A stretch of DNA of 64,000 nucleotides from Mobula hypostoma (lineage: Eukaryota), in the NCBI RefSeq assembly GCF_963921235.1, contig NC_086097.1:57352001-57416000 (forward strand), given 5' to 3'. The position numbers and the translations under genes are program-made. Below, one piece after another: positions 1-12,849 of this stretch (its first letter is position 1; every line of letters begins with the position of its first letter). The notes beneath the pieces are model-generated. The model worked only from the letters and a program-made list of their open reading frames with translations. It was not told the DNA's origin and searched no databases.

Positions 1-1295
1 CCTTTGATGCTGTGTCCAATCAATAAATTATCAAGCTATACCTTAAGTACATCCAATGACTTGGCTTTTATAGCTGCCTGTTTGTAATAAATTCCACAAA
101 TTCACCACCCTCTGGCTAAATAAATTTCTTCACATCTCTGTTTTAAATGGGCGTCCCTCTAGATCTTCCCACCATGGGAAATATTCTTATCACATCTACT
201 CTGTCCAGGCCTTTCAACGTTCAAAAGGTTTCAACGAGATCCCCCTCACCCTTCTAAATTTTAGTGAGTATAGACACAGAATTATCAAATGTTCCTTGTA
301 TGATAAGCCTTTCATTCTCAGAATCATCCTTGTGAACCTCCTCTGAACCCTCTCCAAGGCCGGGACAGCTTTTCTTAGATGAGGACCCCAAAACAGTTCA
401 CAATACTCAAGATGAGGCCTCACCACTGCCTTATAAAGCCTCAGAATCACATCGCAGGTCTTGTATTCTAGACCTCTTGAAATGAATGCTGATATTGCAT
501 TTGCCTTCCTCACCACCGACTCAACCTGCAAGTCGTTTAGTGTGTTCTGCACATGCACTCCCAAGACCCTTTGCATCTCAGATTTTTGGATTTCTTCCCC
601 TTTTAGAAAATTGTCTGCACATTTATTTCTTTTACCAAAGTGCATGACCATGCATTTTTCAACATTATATTTCATTTGCCACTCTCTTGTCCATTCTCCT
701 AACCTGTCTAAGTCCTTCAGCAGCCTACCTGTTTCCTCAACACTACCTGCCTCTCTGCCAATCTTCATATCATCTTCAGACTTGACAATAAAGTCATCTT
801 CTTCATCATTTAACATAAAAACAACATAAAAAAACATAAACAACATTAAAAAAGTGATCCCAATACCGACCCCTGTGGAACACCACTAGTCACTGGTTGC
901 CGACCAGAAAGAGATCCTTTTATTCCCACTCGCTGCCTCTTACCAATCAGCCAATGCCCTAACTATGCCAGTAACTTTCCTGTAATGTCACAGGCTCTTA
1001 ATTTGGTAAGGAGCCTCACGTGTGGCACCTTGTCAAAGGCCTTCTGAAAGTCAAAATATACAACATCCGCTGCATCCCCTTTATCTATTCTACGTGTAAT
1101 CTCCTCAAAGAATTGTAACAGGTTCATCAGGCAAAATTTTCCCTTAAGGAAATCATGCTGACTTTGTACTACCTTGTCCTCTGTCACCAAGTACTCCGTA
1201 AGCTCGTCCTTAACAATTGACCAACATTTTCCCAGCCTCTGAGGTCAGGCTAACTGATCTATAGTTTCTGTTCTGCTGCCTTTCTCCTTTCTTAA
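1..1295 (-). mobile_element. CR1-type LINE, decayed ORF2 RT/C-terminal fragment
   Basis: ORFs 214-846 and 963-1190 carry CR1 motifs (QHDFLKGKFCLMNLLQFFEE, DVVYFDFQKAFDKVPH, LYKAVVRPHLEYC), with frameshifts and a deletion. Confidence 0.9.
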
Positions 1296-1299
1296 AGAA

Positions 1300-1800
1300 A
1301 GTCTATTACAACCATGATATATTCATTCAGATGCACAGATGAGCCCTTGAACAAGGTCCAGTCTACTGACTCAAAACAATCCTATACCTGCTCCCCTGCC
1401 TCTCATAGCTCTCTGGAGCTTTGTTTATTAGCCTCTGTTTGTGTGCAGGTTGGAAAACTACAGCCAACTGATTTGATTTACCAAAATGTGGTCTGGGCAT
1501 GGAACAGTAGGCATTCCTTATCTTAGTATAATAATGGTCTAGGTGTTTGGACCTCTGGTGCTACAGGTTATATGCTGATGGTAATTGGGCAAGGTTTTCT
1601 TCAAACAAGCCTGGTTGAATTCACTGACTATGATTTTAAATGGTCGGGATGGACTGTTTCTTGTTTGGAGACGTTATCGTGCAGTATCGCAAGCATATCC
1701 TTCTGTTCCTTTTCTCTCATGTAGTTGTCTAGTTTCCTATTGAAAGCATTTAACCTGTGTGTCTCAGCCATACCTTGCTGGTCAGTTCCATGCCCTACTC
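1300..1800 (-). mobile_element. Rex1/Babar-like LINE endonuclease-region remnant
   Basis: Similar to the 36000-37100 element (minus-strand DCFESVDWTLF-type peptide); heavily decayed. Confidence 0.55.
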
Positions 1801-3230
1801 TCTGAGCCAGGAAATTACTCTTATTTCCTTATTGGATGCTTTGCTAAATATTATGCCGCACTTAGCCTCTGGTTTGAATTTCCCCACAGGTGGAAATATT
1901 TTCTCAAACTTGATAATAATTTAAAAAATTTCCATCAGCCCATTTCTGAGGTTTTATGTACTTACTTTAACCACATTAAATTAGCCAGTCCCAGTAAAAT
2001 ATGGCAGGTCCCAGTAAGTCCCATTAGACTTGTTAGGCCTCTCCTTATTTTCCTGTTGTTTTTGCAGTTTAGTCTCTTCCTAATGACCATTAGCTAGCTT
2101 TTCTGAACTGGATAGTTCCACCTCTTAAACTTTTCCACGGCTGTAATTTTTAACTTCTAGCATTATCTTTCTAATTCTTTCTTACTTTATCATAGTGTTG
2201 CTGTTTCCTACAGTAGCACAGGCACCAGAAATATGCACAGCATTCTAAGGGTAGACTGACTGAGGTCTTACATCAGTTCAATGTTTTTCCTATTATATCC
2301 TTAGAAATAAATCTCCTTGTTAGTTGTTTAAATTACTTAGCTTAATTTCAATATCGCTTTCAGAGATTGGTTTACTTTTAACCTATTAGTAAGGACCCCT
2401 ACCATCTCTTCTCCTTGCTACCATCAGGTGTACAGCAGCCTAGAGATGCACATTGAACAGTTTAGGATCAGCTTCTTCCCTCTGCCATCAGGTTTCTGAA
2501 TGGCCAATGAACTTATAAATTATCTCACTATTCCTCTTTCGCACTATTTATTTCTTATTGTAACCTATAGTACCTTTTTAATGTCTTGCACTGTACTGCT
2601 GTCACAAAACAGCAAATTTCATGACGTCAGTGATGATAAACCTGATCCTGATATCCCCTTATTTTTCATGTCCCTCGCTTCTTATTATTCAAGCTATTGG
2701 TATTGTTGCTATTACTTATTATTTATCTCTCTGAAAGTTTACTTCTGTACAGAATGTATATTTTCCAATATTATTTTGTAGAGCATTCTATTCTTTTTCA
2801 GTATTAGCTACACATACCCACTTTGAAATGATCTGCAAATTTTGGTATAATGGTATCTTTTCCCATCAAAATCGTTAACATAAATTTTAGTTATTGGTCT
2901 GATCCTTATAGAGTCCTGTTTTCTACCTTCCTCCAATCTGAATAATAACCCCGTATGCCAAACCTTTGCTTTAGATTCTTATGTCAATGTGCTGCCAATA
3001 CTCTTGTCACAGTGTGCTCAAGTCATGAGCTAATTGTGTGGTATTCTTCTTCAAATGCCATGTTCAATGCTTTTCTACCCATGGTTCTCCTGGTTTTATT
3101 TGCTTAAATCTAAAGGTCTTGCAGTGATAGCGGAATTGAGAACATATTAATCAACCCTGTAAATTCAAAAATTTGAGCGAAGTAGGAAAACCAAACTGAC
3201 TAGTCATTTGTCACTTTTAGAAAATTTTCT

Positions 3231-4530
3231 GTTCCATCCCCATACAGGCAATTTTGGCTGATAACAACCTACAAAGTTACATAAATACTATTGATAACCC
3301 GTGGGTGAAATGGACTCTTAAAATATGGAAAACTATTATAAAAGAATATAAACTAGAGAGAGACATTGCAATTCTTAAATGGTGTGCATATGACTCAGAT
3401 TTTACACCGAATAAACTGGATGCTAGATTTGAGGACTGGACAGCTAAAGGAATAACAGCTATTTGCAATATAATGAAAGAAGGAATACTGTTCAGTTTTG
3501 AAATGCTCAAAAAGAAACACTTATTAGAAAAACAAGACTTTTACCGGTATTTACAGATGCAACAGTATGTTAATACGACGGTTAAAAATGTAACCAAGGC
3601 AAGTCTGATAGAGCTATTTAGAAAAGCATATGATTTAGACAATGGTAGTAGAATCATTTCAAGCATGTATAAGGGTTGTCAAATCTTAAAACACATTCAA
3701 CTTCATACATTAAAACAAAATGGGAGAAGGAAGGAGGGATAATAATATCTGAGGAAGACTGGACAATAATATGGAGGTATCAATGGAAGTGTACCAGTTC
3801 ACAGAAATAGAGGGAGTTTGGGTGGAAAAACTTGATAAAATATTTTATTGCACCCTCTCAGAAATCCCATTATGATAGTAACCTCCCTGTTTGCTGGAGA
3901 AATTGTGAAAATCAAAATGCAAACCACTATCATATTTTCTGGGAATGCCCTATTATTAAAGTCTATTGGAGTGGGATACATAATGCCCTACAACACATCT
4001 TTAAATGTGAAATACCCTTAGAGAGTAAGACCATATATTTTGGGTATATACCTCAAGAATGATTGAAAAGAGATAAATATTTAATGAATGTACTGCTGGT
4101 GGCTGGTAAAAAGACCCTTACCAGGAAATGGTTATCACAGGAGAGCCCAACTTTAAATATATGGATGGAAATTACAATGAACATTTACAAAATGGAGAAG
4201 ATAACAGCATCTGTCAATCATAAGTTGGAACAATTTGATTCATACTGGGAAAAATGGTTTAACTACATAACACCTCATAGGCCTGATTTTATTCTCACAA
4301 ATCAATGAATATGTTGTAAAAAAAAGATCACTCCCTACTTCATACATAGTTTTCTTCTTTCGATTGTTCTTTCTTTCCTCTCCTTTCTGTATGTGTATAC
4401 CTCAGATAAATATTATGTGGAGATTTGTGCCAAATATGATTATATGATATGTATGTACAGTATCTGAAATGCTCTTATGGGAATGTTTGTTTGATGATGA
4501 ACTTCAATAAAAAATAAATTATAAAAAAAA
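3231..4530 (+). mobile_element. 5'-truncated L1/Tx1-clade LINE (ORF2 C-terminus, 3' UTR, poly-A)
   Basis: C-terminal zinc knuckle CWRNCENQNANHYHIFWECP; AATAAA plus A-tail at 4506-4530; 12-bp TSD agaaaattttct at 3219-3230 and 4531-4542 at a tttt/ag L1-type cut site; one in-frame stop (4060-4062) and a frameshift. Confidence 0.9.
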
Positions 4531-5136
4531 AGAAAATTTTCTAGCCAGACCAAGTCCCAGATTGTTATTTTCCTGCAAAACAAAGGTTTTTAGTTGGACT
4601 AAGCCGTCTCCATAATCTATACCCCAAGGCATACTAATGGTCTTTTGTTGTAATTGGAATATGTTGTATATATAAGGGCAATATAGTTATGTTTACCATT
4701 AATTAATAGCTCTAATAGAGTCTACAATTGTTTATTATGTGGGAGTGATTAGGAATTGTTTTGTCAGAGATATGAATGTGAAAATTAGGAGCAGCACTAG
4801 GCCATTTGGCCCATCGGGCATGCTTTGCCATTCAGTAAACTTACCGTGGATTCAGCTCCAACTACCTTCCTTTTCCCTATAACCCTTAATTGTCCTCGAT
4901 TATGTCATCAAAGATTCTCACAAATTTCTACAGATATAACATGGACAATATTATTACTGTTTGCATCACCGTCTGTATGGAGAGGCCAATGCACAGGATC
5001 GAAAAAAGCTGCAGAAAGTTGTAAACTTAGCCAGCTCTATCATAAATACTAGCCGCCCCAGATTTGAGGACACTTTCAAAAGGCGATGCCTCCAAAAGGC
5101 GGCATCCATCATTACAGCTCATCATCCAGGACATTT

Positions 5137-5392
5137 GGCGCCATGGTATCACAGCGATTAGCATGACACTATAACAGCTCAGGGCATTCCAGAGTCTGAA
5201 GTTCAATTCCAGTGCCATTCCGTGAGGATTCTTTGTAAGTCCTCCCTGTGGAATGCTCGGGTTTTCCCTTGGTGCTCTGGTTTCCTCCCATAGTTTGAAG
5301 ACGTACCGGGTAGGTTAATTGGTCATTGTAAATTGTCCCATCATTAGATTAGGCTTAATTGGGGGTTGTAGGATTGTTGGGCATCGACTATA
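5137..5392 (+). mobile_element. tRNA-derived V-SINE-like element
   Basis: tRNA-like head (B-box gttcaattcc) and V-domain-like core gggttttcc...ggtgctctggtttcctccca...aagacgtac...ggttaattgg. Confidence 0.75.
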
Positions 5393-5394
5393 GT

Positions 5395-6056
5395 TCAGCA
5401 TTTAATACCATAATTCCCACAATCCTGATAGAGAAGTTGCAGAACCTGGGCCTCTGTACCTCCCTCTGCAATTGGATCCTCGACTTCCTAATCGGAAGAC
5501 CACAGTCTGTGTAGATTGGTGAAGCATATATCCTCTTTGCTGACAGTCAACACCAGCGCACCTCTGCTCTGCTCTTTGTATACACATGACTGTGTGGCTA
5601 GGCATAGCTCAAATATTGTCTATAGATTTGCTGACGATACAACCATTGTTGGTAGAATCTCAGGGAGCAGTATCTCAGAAAGGCAGCGTCCATTATTAAG
5701 GACCTCCAGCACTCAGGGCATGCCCTTTTCTCACTGTTACCATCAGGTAGGAGATACAGAAGCCTGATGGCACACACTCAGCGATTCAGGAACAGCTTCT
5801 TCCCCTCTGCCATCCGATTCCTAAATGGACACTGAAGCTTTGGACACTACCTCACTTGTTTTAATATACAGTATTTCTGTTTTTGCACATTTTTTAAAGC
5901 TCTACTCAATATACTTAATTGATTTACTTGTTTATTATTATGTTTTATTTTATTTATTATTTTTTCTCTCTGTTGGATTATGTATTGCATTGAACTGCTG
6001 CTGCTAAGTTAACAAATTTCACGTCACATGCTGGTGATAATAAACCTGATTCTGAT
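5395..6056 (+). mobile_element. Rex1/Babar-like LINE 3' fragment with internal deletion
   Basis: RT motifs LYTHDCVARHSSN..FADDTTIVG; 3' tail aataaacctgattctgat. Similar tails occur at 2400-2650 and 6070-6320. Confidence 0.8.
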
Positions 6057-7921
6057 TTTAAATAACTAGTCATGCCCTCTTCTCATTGATATCATCAAGG
6101 AGGAGTTACAGGAGCCTGAAGACACACATTCTGTGTTTCAGGAACCGCTCTCATTTTATATACATAAAATAAATTAAATAAGTAAATAATATATTTAAAA
6201 TAAATTTGTATATACGTATTAATTTAAAGGTTTTTTTAATGTATTGCAATGTGCTGCTGCTGCAAAACAAAAAATTTCATGGCATATGCCAGTGATATTA
6301 AGCCTAATTCTGGTTCTGATTCAGCTATGAAAAGATCATCTAACTGTGGCTTTGATATATTCAATGAGTAGACTTTACAACTTCCCTGGCTGAGGCCTCT
6401 ATGGATTTACTACTATCTGGGAAAAGCAGTCTCTCCTCATCTCTGGTTTAAATTTATTCCACCTAAACTGGAGGCTTGCTCCCCTAGTTCCAGTCTCATT
6501 TACCAATGGAAACAGCTCTCCTGCCTCCACTTAATAGATTTCTTTCACAATTTTACAAGTTTCTGAAGATCCCCTCCCATTCTTCTGAATTCCAGCAAGT
6601 ATCGTCACCAGCGGCTCTCCTCATAGGCTAACCCCTTCATCTCCACATGTGTTGACTACCCTTTCCGCTTTTTCCTTCACTACTTAAGGCATTTAGAATT
6701 TAAAAAAAAATTCACACAGAAACTAGCGGAAAAATTTAAAAGCTCAAGGGAAAAGTATAGATTTTAAAGGCATAAACCTGGTTATGATTTTTTTTGGGAT
6801 ATGTGGTACATTATCCACATTCCCTTGTGGTACATTCTGATTTATTTACATTAGTTTCTACTGAGCAATTACAAAGAGGATAATACTGGAATTTTCAGCA
6901 ACCCATGAGATCATTGTCCTTCTGCATGGAACCCAGTCAATTTTTCAAACTGCTTCATATTAATTCTCCACTTTTTCACAGAGACGATCTTTTAGCCCTG
7001 CATGTTAATACTGATACTTGAAAATAGCCTGGCATATTTCTTCTTCAGTTGGATTACATCTATGCTAGCATCACATTCAAACTTATAATTTTATATCATT
7101 TTTATTTGTCAAACCTGAACTTTGTTTCGGTTCCACTGTCCAAATAAAACTGGTATATTTTTCTTCTCTGAATTTTTTCTGGTTTTGTTGGCTTTCTCTT
7201 TCAGCTGTCATTGATATCCCCATCCCTCCTTCCCCATCCGCTACCTGTTCATGCTTCTTTACTTCCTACATCTTTAAGCCACGTTCTTAACTCTTATGAA
7301 CCATTCTTAAGAATCTTTCTTGTCTTCACTTCTGTCCAGTTCTGTTCCTATTTCGTTTGTTACCATTTGTTTTGTTTCTCTAAGTTCTCACACTTCAGAG
7401 TAACACTCTCTAAATGCCTACACCTCTGAATAACATTCTATTGGTGTTAAGAAGGTAATGCTAGAAAGTCCTTTCTTTAAGGGCCAAGGTGGAACATTGA
7501 TCCATTCAATTTTGTGACCCTACTGGAAGGTAGATTGCTAGATACCCTATAAGGCTCTTTTATTTTTGTCATATATAGCCTGTGTGTGCAGCCTTGAATG
7601 AGTAACATCTTTGATTGCAAGACAGAAGTCATAGCTTCCACTACAGCACCCAGATAATGGTTGGCTTCCATTTATGCTAATGTGGAAAATGAGTGCAGGC
7701 TTTCGAGTACTGCATTATGATTGGATCTACAAGAGTGCTAATGTAATTTCTTGCCATTTTCAAGTTGGAGAAGATGAGTATCAATCTCTGTACAAAGTCC
7801 TGTAGGTGCCAGGCTCGTCCACCCTCCAGATGTTAACTCTTTCATACCTGTTAACAGGACCCAGTCTTCCTGGCAGGCCCAGTACTGTACCAAGCATTTT
7901 GATACCTTAAACCATCCTCGA

Positions 7922-8640
7922 ATAAACTCTTCTCGGGCTTTCAGCTGGGTACAAGTGTCAATTTAACCACTGTTTCGATGACAAACTCTGTCATTTTCAT
8001 CAGGGATGATGCCTGGTGGTATATATACCCGCATCGTCTGTCCCTCCTGATTGGTTGGTCCTCATCCAATCAAATTTCTGCTTATACCACCTTGTTTACA
8101 ATTGAATTCTAGTTCTGACTTAGAATGAGACCTTTGTCTTTGTTAAAATTCTTTTTCTCTAGTTTTATTTCAATGGCTTCCTTCACCAGACGGTCCCAAA
8201 AGCCATTGGTGCGGCACAGTAGTTTTGTGCCATCAAAGTCAATCCTTTGGCCGTTGCGAATACAAATGTTCTGCTAGCACTGATTTCTTCAGGTGACCCA
8301 AACAGAAACACCTCCTGTGCTCTTTGATACGTGTTTCCAGCGTGTGCCCCATCTGGTCGATACATGCTGCTCCACATTCAGTGGGAATTCTTTAAATGCC
8401 AGCCATCCTGAATCCCAGGTCATCTTTGACCCGCATAAGCCTGTCTTGCCTATATTTCCACGGTTTCTGAAAGGATCACCAGGATCTTGAAAAAATACCC
8501 GATTAATACCATCCACAAACCTGTAAGGAAACTCAAATCACAGCTTATGTGGCTCAAAGGCGGTTGCTGGAAGCCCGATAAGTTTATTCGTCATACAGGC
8601 TGGGATCCTTTTCTCTTTTGCCATCCATTTCTCCCACTGA
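7922..8640 (-). mobile_element. Penelope-like element (family 2), decayed GIY-YIG endonuclease plus 3' UTR
   Basis: Minus strand reads (with a stop and frameshift) KDDLGFRMAGI*RIPTECGAACIDQMGHTLETRIKEHRRC...LAEH / IRNGQRIDFDGTKLLCRTNGFWDRLVKEAIEIKLEKKNFNKDKG, a PLE GIY-YIG domain, followed by a hammerhead-like motif. Confidence 0.85.
7967..8005 (-). ncRNA. Degenerate hammerhead ribozyme motif (PLE family 2)
   Basis: Minus strand CC-CUGAUGA-A-AAUGACAG-AGU-UUGUCAUC-GAAAC-AGU-GG: core boxes and a long stem II are present; the cleavage triplet is altered. Confidence 0.6.
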
Positions 8641-8649
8641 AGTGAGACC

Positions 8650-9105
8650 ACAATTGGAATATTATATTGGTTGTCTTGCTGTAGGAAGGATGTAAGTAAA
8701 CTGGAACATGTGCAGAAAAGATTTACAGGAATGGTTGCCAGGACTATAGGACTTGAGGTATAAGGAGAGACTGGATAGGTTGCAATGAAGGAAGCTGAGG
8801 GTGACTTGATAGAGGTTTACAAAGTCTGAGGGAGGGACACGGATGGATAGTGAAATCTAAAACTAGAGTGCACAAGCTTAAGGTGAGAGGGGAAAATTTT
8901 AGAGGACATGAGGATCAAGTTTTTCTCGCACAGGATGGACTGAGCTGTCAGAGAAAGGGTAGAGGTGGGTATAATTGAAACATTTAAAAGGTATTTCGAC
9001 AGATAAGGGGATAGGAAATACTTGGTGGGTATGGGTTAAAAGTTGACAAAGCACTTTGGTCAGTACAGCCAAGATTGGCCAAAGGGCCTTCTTCCATGCT
9101 GTGTA
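8650..9105 (+). mobile_element. Old CR1 3' end
   Basis: Decayed RPQLEY...RKDV..LE.VQKRFT.M, then the CR1 3' UTR pattern. Confidence 0.7.
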
Positions 9106-10073
9106 GGAGTATTTTAGGTCATGATGTGCAGTAGCTAAACTTGTTTTGCATGTCAGGCAAAGGGGAAATTTGAGTACAGAAAACGCTAGTGGTACTGATT
9201 GTAAGGTAAAACCATAACGTTTCCAGGGCACTCAAGGTCAAAAGGAAGTGCTGACCACTGATATGCAAGTACAAGCCTCTCATTTGATCTTACCAGTTAT
9301 ATAAAGTTGTTCTCTTACAATGTTAAAAATAAATCTTTCTACATTAAACTTTTTTTAAACCGCAATGTAGTTTCAAATGACAAAAATAGGAGAAAATTAC
9401 CAGTGTATCCCATAAAGATTAGTTGCAATATTCTCCTACTGTAGCTCCTTGCCAAGACACTTTGTTTCCCATGGGTGCAGCATATCTGTCTAGTTGACTT
9501 TCATTACTCTCAGAGCTCCTTTGTACTTCAGGAACCAGCCTCAGACTAGTTAGTGCATAGTGCACACTGTGCCAAGTTATGACAAGCCAACAGTGTATAG
9601 ATCATCCTTTGCCAAAATTGAAATAAGACATCTCCTGACCTTTATTGGAAAATTTCATATATTCTTTTATCCATGCAAAGGCTTTTAGTAATATTGGCTT
9701 GCTTTTATACTGTTCCATGCCCGGTGACTCATTCCCTTTCATTTTTCCTATTATTATGCTTTCCATCTCTACAAGTTCAATAGCATATTCCAATATATCC
9801 AGTAGGGATTGCTATTCATTTGGAATCAAGAACTGAATTAAGCAGCCACAGTCAGGAACTCCTGCCAGGATTTAGACTGTTGCTGAAGCTCGTCAAATTT
9901 CTTCCCTATGTTTACTCAGACCTGACTCTAGTCCCTCCCTATTCACAAACAATATAATAAAAGTTGTTTTTGTGTGCTGAATTTATCAAGTCTGCAGTCC
10001 TATCTTTTCACAGGCTGGATCAACCAGGTTTCCTGTTCATAATTTCTGTCGCCTACTGTAGTTTTAAGGTATG

Positions 10074-10893
10074 CAGTGATTTCTGTAATTGGGCCATCTG
10101 TTAATTGGGGCAGCCGCTTATTTGGGATAACTCTGAAAAAACAACAACTAATTGAGAAAATAGCTGGGAGTCCCTTCATTTGTTGGGGAACACTATGCTG
10201 CTTAAGAAACTTTGGCAACAGGAGACAGTTAATGAACAGTTTTTAATGAGTGTCACTCATGTGTACTTGTGGTCGTTAGGCACTACACCGAGCTTTTAAA
10301 TGGTGTCAGTTGCGTGAGCTTGTGCTCAAAAAGCGGAGATTTTTGTCACAGATAGTAGGTAAAATATAACCAATAAGACAATTCAGAACAGTTTTGCTCA
10401 CTGTCGTTTCAACCATTTGGGTTTGGAGATGCCAGAAATGGGCAGGAGTGAAAATGAGATGATTTCACTACATCATCTACGAAGAATTTGAAGGTATCGA
10501 CAATCATCGTAAGTGTTACAATGAAACTGAAGATCTGGAGGATGCAACCGTCGAAAGCATTGTATGAAGGCAGTTCAGTATCTGTTCTAGGTGTCTGTGC
10601 TGATGTTGTTCATCTATAGTGAATTAAAAGAACACTTCAGTGTACACTAGATGAATTCCTCCATCAATAGCTATTAGAAACTGAAGCACAGTTTTATAGT
10701 ATTGTGACATTGGTGGTGTTCTAATTTGTTCTGAATTTCAGTTAAATACATAATTTGTTACTCAGTTAAACAGTAGTTTATCCTTTTTATACCTTTAGTT
10801 AAGGTATAAAACTAAAGGTAGTTGGGGAAACTTTGACTTTATTGGGCCAAAATGAACTGGTCCTGATGTGTCCCAATTAACCGGAACCCACTG
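10074..10893. mobile_element. Non-autonomous TcMar/Tigger-like element
   Basis: TIR-like ends cagtgatttctgtaattgg ... caattaaccggaacccactg|ta. Same family in opposite orientation at 44975-45803; partial copies at about 33180-33270 and 52060-52272. Confidence 0.75.
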
Positions 10894-11135
10894 TATTTTT
10901 TGACAAGATTGGACATGGGTTGCCATGAGTAATATCTTCTGCAGAAATTCTCTGATGACTTAGCAATAGTTGGGTGTACAAAGGGAGGACGGGAGGATGA
11001 ATAACAGGGTCCTGTTATCAAATGGTACAAGCCGAATCTTCTGCTGCTCAACATCAGCAAGACAAAGGAGATGGTGATGGACTTTAGGAAGACTAAGCCT
11101 GTACTGCTCTCTGTTACTATTGATGGTGAGGACGT

Positions 11136-12175
11136 GAGCTCTGGAGCCTGGGCCTTTGCACTCAGATCTGCAGCTGGATCTTCAGCTTCCTCACAGACAG
11201 GACCTAGGCTGTAAATATAGGGGACAAACTCTCCTCTACAATCACTCTGAGCACCGGTGCCCCTCAAGGCTGTGTACTCAGCCCCCTGCTATACTCACGG
11301 TACACCCACGATTGTGTAGCCAAGTTTCCATCAAGCTCAATATATAAGTTTGCTGATGACACAACAATTGTAGGCCGTATCTCGGGTAATGATGAGTTTG
11401 AGTACAGAGAGAAAACTAAGAACCTGGTGGCATGGTACAAAGACAATAACCTATCCTTCAACATCAGCAAGACGAAGGAATTGGATGTTGACTTCAGAAG
11501 GAGTAGCGGACCGCACGACTCCATTTACATGGGTGGTACGCAAGTGGAACAAGTCAAAAGCTTTAAGATCCTCGGAATCAATATCACAAATGACCTGACT
11601 TGGCCTGTCCCCTAAAACCCTCACTAATTTTTATAGATGCACTGTAGAAAGCATTCTTCTACGGTGCATCACAACCTGGTATGGAAGTTGTCCTGTCCAA
11701 TACCGGAAGAAGCTGCAGAAGATCTTGAACACAGCGCAGCAAATCACACAAACCAATCTTCCATCCTTGGACTATTTTACACCGCACGCTGTTGGAGCAG
11801 TGCTGCCAGGATAATCAAGGACACGACCCACCCAGCCAACACACTTTTTGTCCTGCTTCCCTCCGGGAGAAGGCTCAGGAGCTTGAAGACTCGTATGGCC
11901 AGATTTGGGAACAGCTTCTTTCCAACTGTGATAAGACTGCTGAACGGATCCTGACCCGGATCTGGGCCGTACCCTCCAAATATCCGGACCTGCTTCTTGG
12001 TTTTTTTGCACTACCTTACTTTCCCTTTTCTATTTTCTATTTATGATTTATAAGTTAAATTTTTAATATTTACCATGTACTTGTACTCCAGGGAGTGCGA
12101 AGCGCAGAATCAAATATCGCTGTGATGATTGTACATTCTAGTTTCAATCGTTTGGCGACAATAAAGTATAAAGTA
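11136..12175 (+). mobile_element. Rex1/Babar-like LINE 3' part nested in another LINE (host about 10930-11135 plus 12176-12830)
   Basis: RT motifs GAPQGCVLSPLLYS, KFADDTTIVG; tail caataaagtataaagta. The host reading DGEDV...VVRTYTYLGVHMDD resumes after it and ends in (TATC)n at about 12797-12832. Confidence 0.8.
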
Positions 12176-12849
12176 TGTGGTGAGGACCTACACGTACTTG
12201 GGGGTGCACATGGATGACAGGCTTGCGTGGAGCACCATCACAGAGGCTGTGTACAAGAAGGGCCAGAGTCGCCTCTACTTCCTGAGCAGATTAAGGTCCT
12301 TTGTAGTATGCAGGCCTCTCCTTCAGATTCTACCAGTCTGTTGCCTTCTATGTGGGGATGTGCTGGGGAAATGGCATCGACACGGGTGATGCCAACATGC
12401 TCAATAAATTGATTAGAAAGGCTGGCTCTGTTATAGGAGTTAAACTGGACACACTGGAGGCTGTGGTAGAACAAAGGACCCTATGGAAAATCCTGGCAAT
12501 TCTGGAAAATGTTTCTCACACTCTGCATGCCATCTTGGCTGAACAGAAGAGCACTTTCAGTAATAGTCTAAGACAACAGTGCTGCTCCAAAGAGCACTAT
12601 ATGAGGTGATTCTTACCCTCAGCCGTAAGGTTCTATAATGAGTCAAACTGTAGCCAAGGAAGTGATGATCCCTCATCTGTTAGACTGTTTGAGGTAGCTT
12701 ATTTTTTATTTATTCTTCTTGCTTCTCTTCTAATATTTATATCTGTGAACTTGTAATGCTACTGTGACGCTGTAATTTCCTTTGAGATAATTAAATATCT
12801 ATCAATCTATTTATCTATCTATCTGTCTATCTGTGCTTTTACAGTTATA

